DNA of 64,000 nucleotides from the NCBI RefSeq assembly GCF_963506605.1, contig NC_083278.1, forward strand, positions 75,268,001 to 75,332,000. The letters are read 5' to 3'. Each line of letters begins with the position of its first letter. The first letter of the stretch is position 1. Below, piece by piece: positions 52,561 to 64,000 of this stretch. The notes beneath the pieces were generated by a model that saw nothing but the letters and a program-made list of their open reading frames with translations, was not told the DNA's origin and made no database searches. The position numbers and the translations under genes were made by a program. The DNA is from Zootoca vivipara. Taxonomy: Eukaryota.

Positions 52561-52746
52561 CAGGGGTAGTCAACCTTTTTATACCTGCTGCCCACTAATG
52601 CCTCTTTCTTGATGGTAAAATGTCCTTACTGTCCACCAGTGCTCGATGGCAGGAGGATTCAGCTTGTGTTGTAGAACCCCCTACCGCCCACCTAGAATCC
52701 TGAAACACCCACTAGTGGGCGGTAGGGACCAGGATGACAACCCCTG
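52561..52746. mobile_element. hAT MITE inserted in an L2 remnant
   Basis: TIR CAGGGGTAGTCA / TGACAACCCCTG; TSD ATCAAAGC / ATCTAGGC. Confidence 0.8.
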
Positions 52747-53211
52747 ATCTAGGCTGAATGTAGCTAGTGCATTTGTAAGTGCAACCAGGTTCACACTTTC
52801 TAGGGTTACAGGTTAAGTTGGTGAAAGGCATTCCTGGCTACCATCACCTGGGCTTCCATAGAACTCCCACCCTGTGAACCTTGTCTGCAGTTTATTATAA
52901 TGAATTCGCAGAATTTACAATATTTGGTGAACCCCCCCTCCCTTATTTTAAGCATGTCACATTCTTTCATCTACAAAAATAGTTATCATATCCTCTCCCC
53001 AGGTGTATGGTTCAACAGAGTAAAGGTGTCTTATCAGATGGATGCCGTAGGCAGGACTTTAAAAGTTTATTAGCAAGAACCTTTAGTCTAGTGGGAGGTT
53101 CATACTCCCAATATCCCAGTTGTCTTCCTACCTGAGGATACTGGCAAGCTCCTAGTTAAGGAAAAGGTGTGAGTCAGCTTTGGATGTCCTGCCTGCAGGA
53201 CTCAGCTGAGT

Positions 53212-53230
53212 TTGCGCCATCTGCTGGATC
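53212..53230 (-). promoter_or_regulatory. Candidate CTCF site (reverse orientation)
   Basis: Minus strand reads GATCCAGCAGATGGCGCAA. Motif match only. Confidence 0.55.
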
Positions 53231-53923
53231 ATGCACTGTGGAAAGGATAGATCCAAACCTCACGGGTAAGTGCACATTTATCTGTGTTTTTTTGGTGGCA
53301 TCAGATGTATTAGATAAGCAACAAAATAATTTTGATGGGTACCTCTTTCATTTTATGATTATATCCCATTGATCATAGGAAGCAATTTAGGAGGCCATTG
53401 AGTGTCGCAATCATTACATTACATTACAGTTACGGAGTTTTTGCAAATAATTTAGAGTCTTACACAAGTTCTGACACAGGGATAGTTAAAATCTAGATGA
53501 AAAAAATAAATTTTTCAAGATACACACAACTCCACTGGAGAGCTGCATGTGTGCACTGATAGAATTTTTTGGAATTGTTGTGCATGAGTTATTAGTGATT
53601 CGTTTTTAAATCTACTTACTTTTATTTTTGCATATTTACAATATGTTCAGACCAATTACTAGTGTTCTGGGTCACTGCGTTTTTGTGCATTTGTCTTTCC
53701 ATGATATTAATCATTATATGTATGTATGTGTGATTTTAATATATTTGATACTGTGGAAGGTAAATTTGAAAAGTCAGTTTTTTTTCTAGTACTCAGTATA
53801 GTGCTAGGAATGCTACTTTGCAAAGTTGTTTTTAGAATGAGAAAAAAACCCTATTGTAAAAGTGCTGATGAGCAATAATATTTAATGTTTTTCCTCTTTT
53901 CCCTCTTCCTCGTGGTACTCCAG

Positions 53924-53938
53924 AAATTTATGATGAAG
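53924..53938 (+). CDS. RYR2: RYR2 exon 5, 15-nt microexon
   Basis: Pyrimidine tract plus CTCCAG acceptor, AAG|GTAAGC donor. Translates KFMMK, an RyR2-specific insert. Confidence 0.95.
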
Positions 53939-54784
53939 GTAAGCTTGAAAACTGTTGTTTAATTAATTTATCTCTTCTCGACCAAGAACAGTTCAGAAGA
54001 GATATAAAACTCTGTATCACAGTAAAAGTCAATTAAATAGTCAATTAAAAAAAAATCTTAACCAGACAGTTGTAAAAAGCCAATTGGTTAAATAGACTTT
54101 CTAGAACATACTGAACATCCAGTATTCACAAAAAAGGAAATTTGTAAGAAGATTTATACTGTTCTCCCTGGCCAAACATGGTTATATAGTGGCTAAGGAT
54201 CAGATTTAATAATGATTCATATTATAGTAAAATTATGAAATTTGGCTCAAATACATGGAACCTGGCTATAATGTCTGTAAAATTCTGTAATGCATTTGAG
54301 GTACTAAACTGCACCAAATGCCACTGGATTTCGGGATTTTTTTTCTGTCCCTCAACTTTGTCATAACTTTCCTCATTCTGTTGTTAAGCTTCAGTATTCA
54401 TGCCTTTAGCAGTTTATTTTCTCACAAAAAAATCTGAGCCTTTTCAATATGTGGTAAACCATATGGGTTTTCTAGTTTTTAATGGGGTTTATTAAACTGC
54501 TATTTGTTACTGTGTTGTGTGAGATGTGGATTGGATCTGGGAGGATTAACTTCACTTTTGCTACATCTGAGATGATTGCCTGCAGTGGTCTTTTCTAAAT
54601 CCCATCTAGCTATTAGAAGTGCAGTGTTATCAGTTAAGTTTATTTGTTTAATGTTTAATCACCATTTGTTTAATGCTTTTATTTTGTTGTATAAGCAGCA
54701 TTTTTTTTGTATAATGTCCTTAAAATCATTGCACTTCCAACAGTCAGTTTGTGTAGGTTTGAGACAGGGCATTCTTGGCATTCA

Positions 54785-55141
54785 GGGGATGCGGGTGCGC
54801 TGTGGTCTAAACCACAGAGCCCTGGGCTTGCTGATCAGAAGGTCGGCGGTTCGAATCCCCACGATGGGGTGGGCTCCTGTTGCCCGGTCCCTGCTCCTGC
54901 CAACCTAGCAGTTCGAAAGCACGTCAAAGTGCAAGTGGATAAATAGGTACCGCTCCAGCGGGAAGGTAAACGGCGTTTCCGTGCGCTGCTCTGGTTCGCC
55001 AGAAGCGACTTAGTCATGTTGGCCACATGACCTGGAAGCTGTAGGCCGGCTCCCTCAGCCAGTAAAGCAAGATGAGCACCGCAACCCCAGAGTCATCTGC
55101 GACTGGACTTAATGGTCAGGGGTCCCTTTACCTTTACCTTT
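54785..55141 (+). mobile_element. Sauria SINE, full length
   Basis: Head with GGTTCGAATCCC B box, (ACCTTT)n tail. Imperfect TSD ATTCTTGGCATTCAG / ATTCTTGGGACTCAG. Confidence 0.93.
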
Positions 55142-55193
55142 ATTCTTGGGACTCAGCTATACAGCTGCAAATAAAACATTTTAAATATACAAG

Positions 55194-55212
55194 GTGACAC
55201 TAGATGGCAATG
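55194..55212 (+). promoter_or_regulatory. Candidate CTCF site (forward orientation)
   Basis: GTGACACTAGATGGCAATG. Motif match only. Confidence 0.4.
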
Positions 55213-58200
55213 GTGAGCCTTATGGAAAATTCAATATATTTTAAAAAAGGCTTTTAAAACAAAGCATTTTCAGATCAGAACAGTTTTTGTATGTGTCTAG
55301 ATTCCACCTTGGTGGCAATTCAGTATATATCTAACAGTAGCTGACGATGTGCTGAGGCTGTGCTGCTCACCAGGCCCCTCTGGCTGTGTACTGAGAGGGT
55401 GAGGGTGAGGCAGTGGTGAGGCCAGCTCAGTGCCAGCATCCTGGTGGAGCCCATTTGGCACTTAAGCTGGCACATTTGCACTGCGGGTGTTTTGCCCTCT
55501 CCGTCCCAGTATGCAGCAGTGATGCAGCCAGAGGGAGTGTCCTGTTTGCTACTGGTTTCTAAGATGAAGATTAATTTGTAGCCAATATACGATTTAGGCA
55601 AATTAAATACAAATGTATTCAAAATCTGCATGTTCCCTGTGATGCTACTTCTGAAAGCTGGTTTAGATGCAGGTCAGCACTCAAGACGCAGAGTTTGGCA
55701 GTGCAGTTGATTCTTTTTTTCAATAAAATGGCATACAGCTCAGCAATACCTCCCGTCAGGACTGATGTTGCCCACCTTCTGCTTACTCTAGGTCTCTGTT
55801 TCCCACACAGCCTCAAACTATATTGGGGCACCTGTAATCTCTTGTTTCACCCTGTGCATCGCCCCATGTGTCCTTGGAGTCAAGGGGGGAGGCGAGCTTG
55901 TCCCAGGAGGAGGGCAGACTCCTGGGTTCTCCTGCAGCCTCTTGTCCCCCTCCTCTTCTTCAGCCTCTGAGTCTGAGCTGTTCCCTGTCACAGGCTCTCC
56001 TTGCTCACTAAAGCCTGTTGCTTCTTCAGCACCCAACCCCCCCCCCCCTGACCTCTCCTTGGTGTCCCACCACCACCAATCCTTGGGTTCTGAGCCTTTC
56101 TCCTCTGGGGGTTCCCTTGGGGGGTTCCCCAGCTGGTACCTCCCACCACTCCTCGTCATGTAACCAGCCCTCTTTGTAGCTCCGTGATGCAGTGTGGAGG
56201 ACCCATTCCCTCTCTACCTATTGTTTGTGTGCATGCATGCATGCATGCATGCATGCACGCACGCACGCACATACACACACTTGTTTATCTCTTCTCGTTG
56301 AGAGTGTGTGTGTGTGTGTGCGCGCGCATGTGAGTGGATTGTATTGGCTATGCCTTCTGCTGACATGCAGATTATGGACTTGGTGGCCAATTCATTGTGG
56401 TCCTTGGGCTGAGGAAAGTTAACCAGACCTGATTTAGTGCGTTATGAAGGAGACTTTGACTAAGGCTTCTCCACAGAATCTTAGCAGACATGAAAAATTC
56501 TATTCAGAGTGATAGTCTTGGTATTATGGGTGCTCAGATTATATGAAGTTTTGTAGGACAAAATCAGCACTGACTAATAATACCTTTGAAACCTTTCATG
56601 ATTTTTAACTCAGTCCAGCCTCTCTGGATATTTCACCTCCAGGTGTTGTTATTGTGGACCTGTCTCTTGTACCATACACATGAATGGCACTAAATGAATA
56701 GGTAAACAGTTTGTTACTTGAATAGTGCCCTCCGTGTACATGCTGCTTGAAAAAGAATGAAGAGCAAGTCTGTACCCTGAGGGTCTTACTATCTGGATAA
56801 CAGATATAGGAGAGACATCATAGCAAGGGGAAGTAAATGAAGGCAAGTAGACAAGGAAATAATACATTGTTTTTTCAGCTATATGTATTTAGGCTTAGTT
56901 GGGCATGGGGGCAAGGAAGTTGTTCCAAAGGCTTCATGAAAAGGGTTTGTTTTGAAGAAGGATTTGAAGTCAGCAAGAGAAGTGACATCATGAAGGTGAT
57001 ATGGGAGGCAGACACTTAGTGCCTTTGAGAGTCCCTTCTGCAATCTGTGTTCAAGAGCGAATGTAGTTAATGCAAGAAGGAAAGTGGATGAGAGTTCTTT
57101 TAAAATCACATGTTTTATAAACCTTCCATTGTATGTTTTACAACTGCTTGCATGATCCCCCCCCCATTAAGCCCAACGTGTGTGTGTGTGTGTGTTGGAA
57201 AAGAGCAGTTGATGATAGAAATGCTGTCTCAGCAGCAAAGACAAATATTTATATTTTATATTCAAGGCTACACTGTCAGTATCAATGCAGGAATGTATTA
57301 TCAATTTATTGAGGAATTACTGAATATATTTTTTTTAAAAAAATGCATATATGCCAAGCTATCTGTTGCTGGAAAAGCAGACCATATATTTTGCTTTGAA
57401 TATGTTAATCAAGATACCCGATTTATCATCTTCAATATGCTTCTAGCTATAGGTTCAGTCATTCGCCAGCAAATCAATAGCTTTAAAACAAGGAGCATTT
57501 ATCATCGTGGTGCCATAAATGATTGTGAGATGATTATCAATGAATTCAGTCTCTGGAATAGAGCCTATAAAATATCCCCTTATTAGTGAAATGTATGCAG
57601 GAATCTCATTTAGATGATTTATTCAAGGCCTTTCTTGCCTTTATTTTGCTTGCATGAGCTACAGCTAGAAAGCAATTCTCCCCTCTTCCTCTCCCCTCAC
57701 CTGGTTTTGCATGTATAGTTGATAGTGACAGATTCCATATACATTCTAGCTTTTGCACTGTCTGTCGCCCACTTTTGAGAGTTCCATCTCCTATTAAATG
57801 TTATCTTTTTAATCCTGAATCCTGATGCCTAGTGCAAAATTGCTTTAATTGTTGCCCCATGTGTTGAATTATTTTACTTGAGATGGTTGCGTGTTTGTTT
57901 ATACTGTATAGCTATGTGTATGGGGTGGACATTCTATGGCATGCACTGATAGGATTCTGGAATTACTGTAAATCCCCCCCCCCCATGTTAGGTAAGAGAT
58001 GTTCAGTAAATTCCAAGGCTAGGCCATTTCGTTGTGAAAGCACATTGCCTTTGAGGGCTCATTGCAGAGATGATAAAATATTGCTGAAATGAGGTTCCCA
58101 TAAGCTTTTTAAAAAAGTTACTTGTGCTCCCCTAAATGTGGCTTTTTTCAGGGGGGGGCAGGAGTACACATACCCCTAAACATTTTGTGAATCTAAGTTT

Positions 58201-58904
58201 GGCCTCATTGAGGGGCCGTATTTCAATATGAGTAGGAAAATGAGAGTACCCCTAAACATTTTTTTAGAAAAATAGCACTGGCCACGCCCCATACAAAACC
58301 TGAGGGTAGGGGAAATGAAAAATAGGGGTTGACCCTTGGCTTTCAACACAATGAACTACAGTCCAATGGACTGCATAGGCATTTCGGCTGCACAAATTGT
58401 AATGGAATACCATAGTGGAACACTGCCCAGGTCATAGAAGAGCAGCGTCTTCAGAGGCCTATCTTGCATCAAGAATTGTTACATATTCTATAGCCTACCA
58501 AAAGGGGTGGAATGGTTGTGCTACAATTTAGTAAGAACACAGACTGGCAAGGAGGTCTCTTGCCTAACAGGCTATGTTGTTGTCTCTTATTTTCTGGCAA
58601 TTATATTTACATCTTAATAGGTGGAGCCAATACACACACACACACACATCAAAATCTAAGAAAACTTATATTGAATGCTTGATAAATCTATTTAATTTTT
58701 TACAAGTCTATTGCTGTAAGTTGTAGAGCATGTGTTTTGCATGCAGAAGATCCCAGCTTCAACACCTAGTCTCTCCAGGTGTGGCTGGGAATGTCCTCTG
58801 TCTGAAACCCTGGGAGCTGCTGCCAATCAATGTCGGGAATATTCAGCTACACAGACCAATGCTATGATTTGGTATAAGGCAACATCCTATGTTTGTGTGT
58901 TCTA

Positions 58905-58950
<46 letters not shown>

Positions 58951-59057
58951 CTATTTTGACCCCTCACAATAGGGGCAATGGGCGAATCAAGATTTCCTTA
59001 TAATAGAAAAGAACAATTTCATGCCAACATGCTAATGAATCCCTCTTATTCATGCAG

Positions 59058-59132
59058 ACTGCTCAAGGTGGTGGCCATCGAACGCTCCTCTATGGACATG
59101 CAATATTGCTGCGCCATTCATACAGTGGTATG
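59058..59132 (+). CDS. RYR2: RYR2 exon 6 (75 nt, phase 0-0)
   Basis: CATGCAG acceptor, ATG|GTATGT donor. Translates TAQGGGHRTLLYGHAILLRHSYSGM. Confidence 0.98.
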
Positions 59133-60681
59133 GTATGTATGCTGATGTTAACGTCTTCTTTTGAGGCATCAAAAATAGAGGGCTGCAGTTGATGGCTGAT
59201 GGGGAAAACTGTATGCAATTGTCATAGATATTATACTCTGTATGTGTGGTAGTAGGGAATTCTGTGGCTATTCCTTTCCAGTGCAATCATCTGTGTTGGA
59301 TATAATGCCCTCTGCATTATGGAATACATTCCCAGAGGAGGTGAGGCAGATATCGACGCTGTATGAATTTCAGCGTGCTGTGAATATATTTTCATTTCGA
59401 CAAGCATCCTGTGAATGCTGTTTTTTTAATCACTTTGCTTTTTGATAGTCAACTATTTTATGTATGATATAGGTCCTGTGTTTTATTTTTTTTGTAAATT
59501 ACGTAGAGATGTGTGATTGTAGGCTATTGAGAAATATTTTAAATAAGTCAGTAAAAACCTGCACAAATGAAATCGTGAAGAATTGCATCCAAGAGATTAT
59601 CACAGTTGTTACCAATTGACTTTCAATAATAGTTTCATTGTTGTAACCACATGGATTTTTTTTTAATGAAATAGTGGTATACAAATATTTTTGTAAATAA
59701 AAATAACAAATAATGAGATTCACCTGACGAACCCTATCGGTGGAAGCCATGCAGGTCTTCCACTTTTGCAATGGGGTTGTTCCCTCGATGTGCTCCCGAA
59801 ATTAACTCTGGGGTGAGGGAACGGGGGGGGGCATAATTTTATTTAGCAAGCAAATGTGCTTGTGCAGACGGACCATTTGTAATAGTATGGGATCGGATTT
59901 CACTCCTACTGTTTATTTCTTTTGAATATATTATACTTCATCTGTAGTCTATACTCAACCTTAGAAATTTGGGTAACATCTCTGATGTTTATATGCTGCT
60001 TTTCAGGCAGGCAAACATTAAAAATGTTTAAACAGTAAGCATCAATTAAGATGGTTGAAGAATAACAGCAAGGCAAGCTGCAAGCTCCTCCCCTCAGTGC
60101 AAGGTGGTTCTTAGGCAGCCCTATGAGGAAGAGAGAGAAGTCACCTCAGTTGGAACACTTTGAGCAAGATAATGGACCAGATCTATTCTTATTGCCAGCC
60201 TCTATCTCCCTTTTTTTGTAATGTGTAATGTTGTTGCCTTATTTTATTTAACAAGTTGACACTGTGAAAGTAAGCACTTGCATTTTTTTTTTAAAAAACT
60301 GGTTCCTTAAGAATTTACAAGGTGAAGCCCCCAGAATGCAGCATGTTCCCTCCTTCAGGAAAAAGCAATGTCTTCTCACATTTGGGCTTCTCTCTTGCAG
60401 CATTCTCTCTCCTGCTTTCTCCTGCTTTCAGACTTTGTGGCTTTGCTATGTCTCCCACATATAGCAGTTGTTTATGCCTTGAGTTCTGAGTCTATATCTC
60501 TGTTTATGCTGGCACTCTGTATGTAAAAACGCCCCCTTAAAATAGCCCTTGCCCTCTTCTGGCAAGCCCATATCTGCAGTTGCTCCATCTCCCTCACAGT
60601 ATTATATAGCAAATTGTATGTATTATAAGTCTAAATGGAATAAGGAGCATAAAACTAGTTTTTCTTTTCCTTCTTTCTTAG

Positions 60682-60760
60682 TACCTGTGTTGTCTCTCCA
60701 CCTCAAGAACATCAATGGACAAACTGGCATTTGATGTAGGCTTGCAAGAAGATACCACAG
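60682..60760 (+). CDS. RYR2: RYR2 exon 7 (79 nt, phase 0-1)
   Basis: TTCTTTCTTAG acceptor, CAG|GTAAAT donor. Translates YLCCLSTSRTSMDKLAFDVGLQEDTT(G). Confidence 0.98.
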
Positions 60761-61785
60761 GTAAATAAAAGCTTAGCAAAAAAAACTGCACATTCTTTTA
60801 TATGGCAGCAAGTTGAAATGGGTTTAAATTTCCAACAGAAACTTACAGTATTATACAACTAACAACATTGGTTTGTATGTTCCATTAGACTTTAGAATAT
60901 TATATGTTCCTTTTTTTACCTCACAAATGCCTAGTTCCTTTCCTGTTAAAAATATATGTGAACATACAAACACTGTAAGTTATTTATTATTTGGAATCCC
61001 TAGTGAATCTTTCAACTGAGACTGGTTTTGACTTTCTTCTGTTCAGATAGTGTTCTGCTTGCAATTTTAAAGCTAATTCATTCAATATTTTATAGGGCAG
61101 TGGAGACCATCTCTCCAAGGTGAATTTAGTTGCATGTTTCTTATTATCAGCTTTGTGAGAATGCATATTATAAAGACTATATCCATTCTACAGAATAGGA
61201 AAATTGTGTGCCTATCACAGTTTGATTTTAATAGCAACATTTCTAGAACTATTCGTTTAACACTCTTATTTAACACTCACAGTGTGGCAGTTGCTATTTT
61301 TTGCTTTGCAGACTCGTCTTTCGTTGACAGGAGATGTGGAATCATTTGATTATATGCAGATATCACACTTCCGCAATCTTCCGCAATCTTTAAATGGTGT
61401 GGACTACCACCAAGTGTAGAATAGAAGTCCCATCCTAACCATGTTCCGTGTTCTCAAAAATATCATTTTAAAAAGAGGTCAAAGACAAAAATTAATTGTT
61501 AATGTAACAGTTGAACATTAACTGTGGAATTTTTAATATGAACTTGTCTCAGGTTATGGTCTAAAGGTGCAGTAGACCAACACCTTGCTGAAGCTGAGCA
61601 GGTCTGCATCTGGTCAGTGCCTGGATGGATGATTACCTGGGAACCACATTTATAGTGCCTTGGATTCCATGATGGAAAAAGGCAGGATACAAACGTACTT
61701 AAATAAATAAAGCTGCCAGCAGGCTAGCCATTTGCTTTTGGGGAGCTATTGAACTAAAATAATATTTATTACTACAAAATTGTGA

Positions 61786-62100
<315 letters not shown>

Positions 62101-62339
62101 TAGTGAGACAGACTCTAATTTTTAGATTATGTTTCTGATATGGCATTGGATCTGAAAGTCAATACATACATGTTTAATGTTTTATTGTGTTTTTATATAT
62201 GTTGGAAGCCACCTAGTGGCTTGGGCAACCCAGCCAGAAGGGAGGGGTACAAATAATCAAAATTATTATTATTATTATGTATTAGTCATTGACCTGGTTC
62301 ATATGACATGAAAATGTGTGGGCTCTTAGCGAGGAGCTC

Positions 62340-62714
62340 ACTATCGTGCCACATACAGAAACAGTTCTGGTCACCTTACCTCAAAAGATATTGTGGAGAT
62401 GAAAAAGTTTCATAAAAGGTCCAACAAAATGATCAAGGAGATGAAAAAAACCTCCCTTATAAAGAAAGGTTACAACATTTGTGGTGCAGAGCAAGTAGAA
62501 GTTCTTCACCCTCTCTCATAACACTAGAACTCATGAACATCCAATGAAGCTGAATTTTGAAAGATTCAAGACAGACAAAAGAAAGTACTTCTTCATAATC
62601 CACATAGTTAAACTATGGAATTCACTCTCACAATATATATAGTGGTTACCACCAATTTGGGTGGTTTTAAAAGAGGATTAGGCAAATTCATGAAGATTCA
62701 GGTTATCAATGGCT
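62340..62714 (+). mobile_element. CR1 LINE 3' fragment (interrupted by BovB)
   Basis: Homologous to 3130-3500 (GTTCTGGTCACCTTACCTCAAAAGATATTG..., AGACAAAAGAAAGTACTTCTTCA...). Boundaries are approximate. Confidence 0.75.
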
Positions 62715-63897
62715 GTTGTTGTTGTTTAGTCGTTTAGTCGTGTCCGACTCTTCGTGACCCCATGGACCAGAGCATGCCAGGCACTCCTGTCTTCCACTGC
62801 CTCCCGCAATTTGGTCAGACTCATGTTGGTAGCTTCGAGAACACTGTCCAACCATCTCATCCTCTGTCGTCCCCTTCTCCTTGTGCCCTCAATCTTTCCC
62901 AACATCAGGGTCTTTTTCAGGGAGTTTTCTCTTCTCATGAGGTGGCCAAAGTAGTGGAACCTCAGCTTCACGATCTGTCCTTCCAGTGAGCACTCAGGGC
63001 TGATTTCCTACAAAATGGATAGGATTGATCTTCTAGCAGTCCATGAGACTCTCAAGAGTCTCCTCCAGCACCATAATTCAAACACATCGTTTCTTTGGTG
63101 ATCGGCCTTCTTTATGGTCCAGCTCTCACTTCCATACATCACTACTGTGAAAACCATAGCTTTAACTATGCGGACCTTTGTAGGCAAGGTGATGTCTCTG
63201 CTTTTTAAGATGCTGTCTAGGTTTGTCATTGCTTTTCTCCCAAGAAACAGGCGTCTTTTAATTTCGTGACTGCTGTCACCATCTGCAGTGATCATGAACC
63301 CAAGAAAGTAAAATCTCTCACTGCCTCCATTTCTTCCCCTTCTATTTGCCAGGAGGTGATGGGACCAGTGACCATGATCTTAGTTTTTTTTTAATTGAGC
63401 TTCAGACCATATTTTGTGCTCTCCTCTTTCACCCTCATTAAAAGGTTTTTTAATTCCTCCTCACTTTCTGCCATCAAGGTTGTGTCATCAGCATATCTGG
63501 GGTTGTTGATATTTCTTCCGGCAATCTTAATTCCGGCTTGGGATTCATCCAGTCCAGCCTTTCGCATGATGAATTCTGCATATAAGTTAAATAAGCAGAG
63601 AGACAATATACAGCCTTGTCATACTTCTTTCTCAATTTTGAACCAATCAGTTATTCCATGTCCAATTCTAACTGTAGTTTTGTGTCCCACATAGAGATTT
63701 CTCAGGAGACAGATGAGATGATCAGGCACTCCCATTTCTTTAAGAACTTGCCATAGTTTGCTGTGGTCGACACAGTCAAATGCTTTTGCATAGTCAATGA
63801 AGCAGAAGTAGATGTTTTTCTGGAACTCTCTAACTTTCTCCATAATCCAGCGCATGTTTGCAATTTGGTCTCTGGTTCCTCTGCCCCTTCAAAATCT
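62715..63897 (-). mobile_element. RTE-BovB LINE, 5'-truncated and frameshifted
   Basis: ORF pieces FCFIDYAKAFDCVDH, NNPRYADDTTL, FELWCWRRLL and HGVTKSRTRLND in different frames, plus a (CAA)n tail. Confidence 0.95.
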
Positions 63898-64000
63898 ACT
63901 GGTCATCATTGATGTGTTCTGCTTTCAATGTTTTAAGTGGTGTGCCTCTAAAATATCCGTCGCTGGGAATGGCAGGTGCGGAGAACACTGCTGCACTCAT

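Noticed and set aside
53199-53265. Possible 67-nt exon with a GTAAGT donor
   Set aside because: The acceptor lacks a good pyrimidine tract and the length would frameshift. The CTCF-like motif explains the region equally well.
55754-56189. Second possible solo LTR and the acidic/Pro-rich ORFs 55818-56159
   Set aside because: Composition resembles the 15792 LTR, but I found no clean TG..CA ends or TSD. Similar ambiguous tracts lie at ~31600-31900 and 37060-37200. The ORFs are low-complexity.
57110-57586. 158-aa ORF (and similar 32909-33385, 42426-42857, 25265-25681, 36487-36900)
   Set aside because: No domain motifs. They run through microsatellites or MITEs, or are off-frame overlaps of exon 2, as expected by chance.

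Overview
Vertebrate genomic DNA, almost certainly a squamate reptile: Sauria SINEs and RTE-BovB are present, and a lacertid lizard is my inference. The window lies inside the ryanodine receptor 2 gene (RYR2) on the + strand. It covers the last ~36.7 kb of intron 1 and coding exons 2-8, including 21-nt and 15-nt microexons; all junctions are AG/GT and in frame. The rest is intron packed with mobile DNA: a 5'-truncated Penelope-like element (PLE) with an uninterrupted RT + GIY-YIG ORF, two short inverted-repeat PLE derivatives carrying minimal hammerhead ribozymes, seven Sauria SINEs, BovB/RTE/L2/CR1 LINE fragments, many hAT MITEs with 8-bp TSDs, a Tc1/mariner MITE and a solo LTR. Nearly all short ORFs in the track are noise or TE fragments. 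The most interesting signals are: (i) a PLE/hammerhead cluster in which every ribozyme copy carries a different disabling lesion, (ii) a candidate in-frame 66-nt exon between exons 3 and 4, (iii) a minisatellite grown from a SINE target site, and (iv) CTCF-like motifs and inverted SINEs bracketing the phase-0 exon cassette. I cannot show a wholly new biological system; these are new-looking instances of known classes.
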